Assembly: GCA_038845265.1 (NCBI GenBank)
Contig: JAWBQR010000005.1
Coordinates: forward strand, 32,001 to 96,000
Source: Nitrososphaerota archaeon
GTDB taxonomy: Archaea > Thermoproteota > Nitrososphaeria_A > Caldarchaeales > Calditenuaceae
Direction of reading: 5' to 3'
DNA: 64,000 nucleotides
Position numbers and translations under genes: made by a program
In this document: positions 59,495 to 64,000 of the stretch, in pieces
Layout of the letters: each line of letters starts with the position of its first letter
Position numbering within the stretch: position 1 is the first letter of the stretch
Notes under the pieces: generated by a model
What the model was told of the DNA's origin: nothing
Seen by the model: only the letters and a program-made list of their open reading frames with translations
The model's database searches: none

Positions 59495-60190
59495 ATGATT
59501 CTCAAAATTAAGGTAGACATCGCAGTAGTCAGGCGGCGTTTAAATCGCTTCGTCGTTAAGGCCGACTATTTTGGCAAGTCTCTGAGACTATATCTTAGAA
59601 ATACTGGTAGGCTTAGCGATCTACTCCAGCCGGGGTCTGCCGCCCTATTTATCCGTGATAAAGGACCAAGGACGGATGGACTACTGGTCGGGATAGCGAT
59701 TGATGATAAGCGAGCAGCCATTCTCGACACGGGACTCCAGACGGTTATCTTTGAAGAATCATGGAGGAGAGGGCTGATTCCATGGCTAGAGGGGTGGAGA
59801 ATTGCTAAGCGCGAATATAGGTATTATGACTCAAGGATTGACTACCTCATCGTGAAGGATGAGGCAAAAGGCCTACTGGAGGTTAAGTCTGCTGTCTATC
59901 ACTTAGGTGATTATTACTGCATGTATCCAGACACCATATCAATTCGGGGACGGAGACACATAGAGAGGCTGATACAGGCTCGGCGCAGGAACTATCACGC
60001 TTTCCTAGTCTTCATCGCTGCCCATCCATCATGCAGATACTTCAGGCCGTGCCGTGAAGCCGATCCAGTCATTGGAGAAATACTAAGAAAAGCGAGGGAT
60101 TCAGGAGTCAATATCTACTCTGTAAAGATGTACCTCACCATTGATGGTGAGGCTATTCTTGACTCATCATCGATTCCAGTTTTGATTTAG
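59495..60190 (+). CDS. sfsA: SfsA family DNA/RNA nuclease
   Basis: R.NRF, NTGRL, RIDY, EVKS, YPD...RG.RH. Confidence 0.9.
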   Translation: MILKIKVDIAVVRRRLNRFVVKADYFGKSLRLYLRNTGRLSDLLQPGSAALFIRDKGPRTDGLLVGIAIDDKRAAILDTGLQTVIFEESWRRGLIPWLEGWRIAKREYRYYDSRIDYLIVKDEAKGLLEVKSAVYHLGDYYCMYPDTISIRGRRHIERLIQARRRNYHAFLVFIAAHPSCRYFRPCREADPVIGEILRKARDSGVNIYSVKMYLTIDGEAILDSSSIPVLI

Positions 60191-61419
60191 TATTTTTCCT
60201 GTTTAAAGCCAACATACACTATCAATAGTCCTATAAGTGCCAGCGAGGCTATGAGTGGAAGGACGGATAGATATGTCCCAGTCGAGTCTCTTAGCCAACC
60301 TGAAATTACTGGCCCGAGGATTGCTCCCGCGCCGTCCGCTGTTATTACGATTCCATAGTTCTTTCCGTAGTTTTTTGTTCCGAAGAATACTTTAGTGGAG
60401 GTGGGAGCGATTGCCAGCCAACCACCTAGGTTTAGCCAGAGGACCGCGAATCCTAAGTAGAATACAATGAGGTTACCTGCGCTGAAGAAGTATAATAGAG
60501 ATGAAGCAGACGCTATCATGCCGAATGAGATCATCGAAGCAGCCCTAGGCCTCAGCTTATCTGTGAGCCAGCCGAAGAGCGGTCTCCCCAACCCATTAAA
60601 AATCGCAAATAAAGAGACAGCCATCGATGATGCTGTCTGATCGATATGCATGATTTCTATTCCGAATGGCGCGGTGATGCCGATTGCGGTGAAGCCGGAT
60701 AGGCAGCCGATTGCGTATGCCAGCCAGAGGGCATAGAAGAACCTTGTCCTAAGCATGCCTGATCTGTCAAGCTCTATCTGTGCTTCTCTATTCTGACTCC
60801 CAGAACTATCTGATTTGTGAGCGTATTGTTGGGGAAAACGTAGCAGAAATGAAAACGCTAAGAGAATCGGCAGGATTGCTATGCCTATGTAGAGGAACGT
60901 CCTGAGAGGACCTACAAGCTCTATCAAACTAGTAATTATCGGCGCAGTTATCAGGGGTGAAAGCCCAAAGCCGAGGACGGTCAATCCTATCGCTGTACCC
61001 GCTTTTTCTGGAAACCACTTCGCTGCTGTCGTTATCGGGACTGAGTAGACTGTTCCAGTTCCTGCGCCTCCTAATAATCCATACAGAACTGTCAGCACGT
61101 ATATGTTGGTCGAGTAGCCTGAGAGTATCCATCCCGTAGCTACTAAAAGGCTCCCAAGGATCAGCGTTGATCTTGGCCCGAACCTTTCTAGGAAGCTGCC
61201 TGCAAGTGGCATAAAGAAGGCGAAGGCCGCTAGGAAGACCGTGTAGGGCAAACCACTCTCAGTTGAGGTGATTCCCCATAGTCTCTCTAGTGGCTTTCTA
61301 AATATGCTGTAGGAGTATATTGCGCCTAGGAATAGATTGATGATGAATCCGACGATGACGATAATCCATCGGTAGTCGAGACGACCTGCTGACTTCTCAG
61401 ATGATCCAAGCATGTTCAT
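60187..61419 (-). CDS. MFS transporter, OFA/monocarboxylate family (paralog 2)
   Basis: LGAIYSYS.F, KWFP...G.A.G, NG.GR, KNYG. Confidence 0.9.
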   Translation of the reverse strand: MNMLGSSEKSAGRLDYRWIIVIVGFIINLFLGAIYSYSIFRKPLERLWGITSTESGLPYTVFLAAFAFFMPLAGSFLERFGPRSTLILGSLLVATGWILSGYSTNIYVLTVLYGLLGGAGTGTVYSVPITTAAKWFPEKAGTAIGLTVLGFGLSPLITAPIITSLIELVGPLRTFLYIGIAILPILLAFSFLLRFPQQYAHKSDSSGSQNREAQIELDRSGMLRTRFFYALWLAYAIGCLSGFTAIGITAPFGIEIMHIDQTASSMAVSLFAIFNGLGRPLFGWLTDKLRPRAASMISFGMIASASSLLYFFSAGNLIVFYLGFAVLWLNLGGWLAIAPTSTKVFFGTKNYGKNYGIVITADGAGAILGPVISGWLRDSTGTYLSVLPLIASLALIGLLIVYVGFKQEKY

Positions 61420-61425
61420 GAGGTT

Positions 61426-62685
61426 TTATTTTTTAGGAGGCCTCAGCCCAGCGTATGCGATTATTAATCCAATGATTGCTAATATGCTGACTACTGGGAA
61501 GACGCTGAGATATGTGCCCGTGGTGTCTTTCAACCATCCTGAGGAGAGCATTCCAAGTATTGCGCCGACGCCGTATGAAGTAAAGACTACGCCGTAGTTC
61601 TTCCCATAATACTTTGTCCCGAAGAATATCTTAGTCGCGGCAGGTGCAATTGCCAGCCATCCACCAAGGTTCAGCCAGAGTATTGAGAAGCAGACAAAGT
61701 AGATGACTGGGTTTCCCTCTCCGAGCATGTAAAGAAGACCCGCAAATATAGCGACCAAGAAGAAAGATATTGCCGCGGTATTTCTTGGCTTCAGTCTATC
61801 TGTGAGCCAGCCGAAGAGCGGCCTTCCCATACCGTTGAATATTGCGAAGACTGAGAGAGCCATCGATGATGCTTCTCGGCTTATCTTGGCCACCTCGAGC
61901 CCAAAGGGAGCGGCGATCCCTATCGCCATCAGTCCAGAGAGGCAGCCTAACGTGTAGGCGGTCCAGAGAGCGTAGAAGGTCTTTGTCCTCAGCATTTCAT
62001 GTCGGTCGAGCTGTCCTACTTCCCTTGCTGCACTCTGGACAACCGAAGTCGTCTTGATCGAGGCTCCCCCGCTCGATGATGGAAACTTTAGGGGGATCGA
62101 TAGTAGTAATAGGATGATTAGAAAGGTTGCGCCGAGGTATAGGAATGTCTGGAGAGGACCTATTGATGATATTAATGCAGACATTATTGGCGCTGTTATT
62201 AGTGGTGAGAGCCCGAAGCCCAGTAGGGTCAGACCCATGGCGGTGCCCGCCCTTTCTGGAAACCATCTGGCAGCTATCGCTATTGGTGCTCCGTAGACGA
62301 CACCTACCCCTGCACCGCCTATTACTCCGTAAAGAATGGTCAGGAGGTAGATATTGCTTGATAGACTTGCTAGGCACCAGCCAGCGCCGACGAGGAGGCT
62401 GCCGATCATCACGGTTATTCTAGGTCCGAACCTATCTAGGAATCCGCCGACAAGCGGCATCGTGAAGGCAAATAATGCCAGGAAGACCATGTATGGCAGT
62501 CCACTCTCAGTCGATGATAACTGCCACATTGCCTCGAGAGGCTTTCTGAAGACGCTGTAAGAGTATATCGAGCCCAGACAAACGTTTATTATGAATCCGA
62601 TTACTATGAGAATCCACCGATACATAGAAGGGTTACTTTTAACATCGTTTTTACTGCTCATATCGACATCGTTTACAAAACGCAT
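61426..62685 (-). CDS. MFS transporter, OFA/monocarboxylate family (paralog 1)
   Basis: LGSIYSYS.F, RWFP...G, NGMGR, KNYGVVFTSYG. Confidence 0.9.
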   Translation of the reverse strand: MRFVNDVDMSSKNDVKSNPSMYRWILIVIGFIINVCLGSIYSYSVFRKPLEAMWQLSSTESGLPYMVFLALFAFTMPLVGGFLDRFGPRITVMIGSLLVGAGWCLASLSSNIYLLTILYGVIGGAGVGVVYGAPIAIAARWFPERAGTAMGLTLLGFGLSPLITAPIMSALISSIGPLQTFLYLGATFLIILLLLSIPLKFPSSSGGASIKTTSVVQSAAREVGQLDRHEMLRTKTFYALWTAYTLGCLSGLMAIGIAAPFGLEVAKISREASSMALSVFAIFNGMGRPLFGWLTDRLKPRNTAAISFFLVAIFAGLLYMLGEGNPVIYFVCFSILWLNLGGWLAIAPAATKIFFGTKYYGKNYGVVFTSYGVGAILGMLSSGWLKDTTGTYLSVFPVVSILAIIGLIIAYAGLRPPKK

Positions 62686-62738
62686 CGGAGCCTTATTTAA
62701 GGATATGTAACTCGTGCTTGATTCTATAATTATTGATG

Positions 62739-63140
62739 TTATTTCTCTGCCTCTTCCTGTTCGAGTCTCTGTCCCAGATATGAGTATACTCCTACTTTCA
62801 GGACCTTTAGGCTAAGGAGCGCGCACTTGAGTCTGACTGGGCTCAGCTCTATTCCAAGCATATCGAGGATGTCTTGTCTACTGAGGTCCTTGACGTCCTC
62901 TATCCTCATACCGATTAATTTCTCCGTAAGTTTTGATGCCGAGGCTTGGCTTATTGCGCATCCCTTTCCCTTGAACTTTACATCGCTTATCACTCCATCC
63001 TTTACCCTTATGAATAGTTCAACCACGTCTCCACATAGCGGGTTTGAGTCCTTCGCATGGATATCCGGGTTCTCTATCTCGCCGTAGTTCCTCGGGTTTC
63101 TATAATGGTCAAGAATCTCGTCAAGCTCCGGAGACGACAT
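62739..63140 (-). CDS. Fe-S cluster scaffold IscU/SufU family
   Basis: ILDHY.NPRN.G, NPLCGD, GCAISQASAS, RLKCA. Confidence 0.93.
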   Translation of the reverse strand: MSSPELDEILDHYRNPRNYGEIENPDIHAKDSNPLCGDVVELFIRVKDGVISDVKFKGKGCAISQASASKLTEKLIGMRIEDVKDLSRQDILDMLGIELSPVRLKCALLSLKVLKVGVYSYLGQRLEQEEAEK

Positions 63141-63204
63141 CTAATAATTTTTGAGACATTCTATGTATTAACCGTTAATGACTTAGTCTGATTCAGCATC
63201 GGGT

Positions 63205-63996
63205 CTAACTTGTCTTCTTGGCAACTATGCGGCAATGTGGGTATCCGAGGTTGATGCATTCAACCTCCTCAGCGGAGCAGTCTCTCTCCATCAAGTCCGT
63301 CGCTATTCCTGCAATTAGTCCCCGCGTCCAGTTACTTGACGGGATACGTCTAAGCTTGGCTTGTATCTGGCACTCAAGGCTATCTATCAGTACGGCCTCT
63401 ATTCCTCCATCAATTCTAGATATGTTGAGTTCTCTTGCATATCCAAGCGAGCGGAGAAATCGCCCCGCGATGCGGAGCCACAAATCAACATCTGAGACGT
63501 TGAGGTATTCTCTATGACTTTTCGCGCCCTCTATTCCAACTAATTTTCCAGCATGGTATAGGAAGGCTCCTGCCGAGTCGCCTAGGAGGTCGTATAGTCC
63601 TTGGAAGAAGCCAGTCAACGCGGCGTAACTTATGATTAATGCTCTCCTGCCCAATACTCCTCTATAATCAAAGAACATATCGCTGATCAGCCCTAAAATA
63701 TCTGATTTATGTAGCGTTATCTCTTTGAAGTTCTCAGACTGCCTAAGTTTCATGACTATGTCTTCTATCTGCTCATCGCTAAGCTTAGAGATATCTACTA
63801 TGAGAGATAGGTACGCCTCGTTGAAATTTTCTGGGTTACGAGACATATCAACTGCGATGACCTCTACTCCTATGCCCCGCATAACCTCACAGAGCTCAGA
63901 TATTCCACCAGTGGAATCAACTAGGACAGCTCCAAGATTAGCAAGCCTCCTACCAGGCAAATAATATAGAATAGAGAGGTCCCTAAAACGAGACAA
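63205..63996 (-). CDS. ACT-like + V4R domain protein
   Basis: FLY.AG...G, SLEC, RG.IAG, EVEC...G...C; start lies at the window edge and is uncertain. Confidence 0.8.
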   Translation of the reverse strand: MSRFRDLSILYYLPGRRLANLGAVLVDSTGGISELCEVMRGIGVEVIAVDMSRNPENFNEAYLSLIVDISKLSDEQIEDIVMKLRQSENFKEITLHKSDILGLISDMFFDYRGVLGRRALIISYAALTGFFQGLYDLLGDSAGAFLYHAGKLVGIEGAKSHREYLNVSDVDLWLRIAGRFLRSLGYARELNISRIDGGIEAVLIDSLECQIQAKLRRIPSSNWTRGLIAGIATDLMERDCSAEEVECINLGYPHCRIVAKKTS

Positions 63997-64000
63997 GCAA

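Noticed and set aside
1-64000. CRISPR array, IS elements, provirus, cdc6/ORB origin
   Set aside because: No regular repeat-spacer array, transposase, integrase, viral hallmark gene or cdc6/orc1 gene seen

Overview
A densely coded archaeal chromosome segment, most likely TACK/Thermoproteota. This is inferred from rps30e, rpl21e-rpo4, NAC, nop5-fibrillarin, an unlinked 5S rRNA and intron-containing tRNAs, and it resembles an Aigarchaeota/Nitrososphaeria-type lineage. It is mostly housekeeping: translation and RNA modification (aRF1-HemK, SRP54-Pus10-L21e-Rpo4-DUF655-KsgA-L10e, HflX, Rqc2, Kae1/Bud32, Nop5-fibrillarin-RNase HII-Trm1), nucleotide metabolism, a four-subunit 2-oxoacid:ferredoxin oxidoreductase, lactate-utilisation (LUD) genes and transporters. 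It also has tRNA-Ile(GAT) with a non-canonical intron, tRNA-Trp(CCA) with a canonical intron and a 5S rRNA. I saw no CRISPR array, transposase or integrase. The most notable items are: (1) an ArsR-HTH + ATP-cone + apparently dead class III ribonucleotide reductase fusion, a candidate nucleotide-sensing regulator, lying in an extreme orientation-independent G+T-skewed tract; (2) a DNA amino-methyltransferase coupled to an unknown multi-wHTH-like gene; (3) two convergent deoxyhypusine-synthase paralogs of different subtypes; (4) an ABC transporter without a binding protein whose ATPase C-terminal domain is a separate convergent gene; (5) small ORFs missed by the ORF track and a probable CTG start. 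All product calls come from motif recognition by eye; no searches were run.
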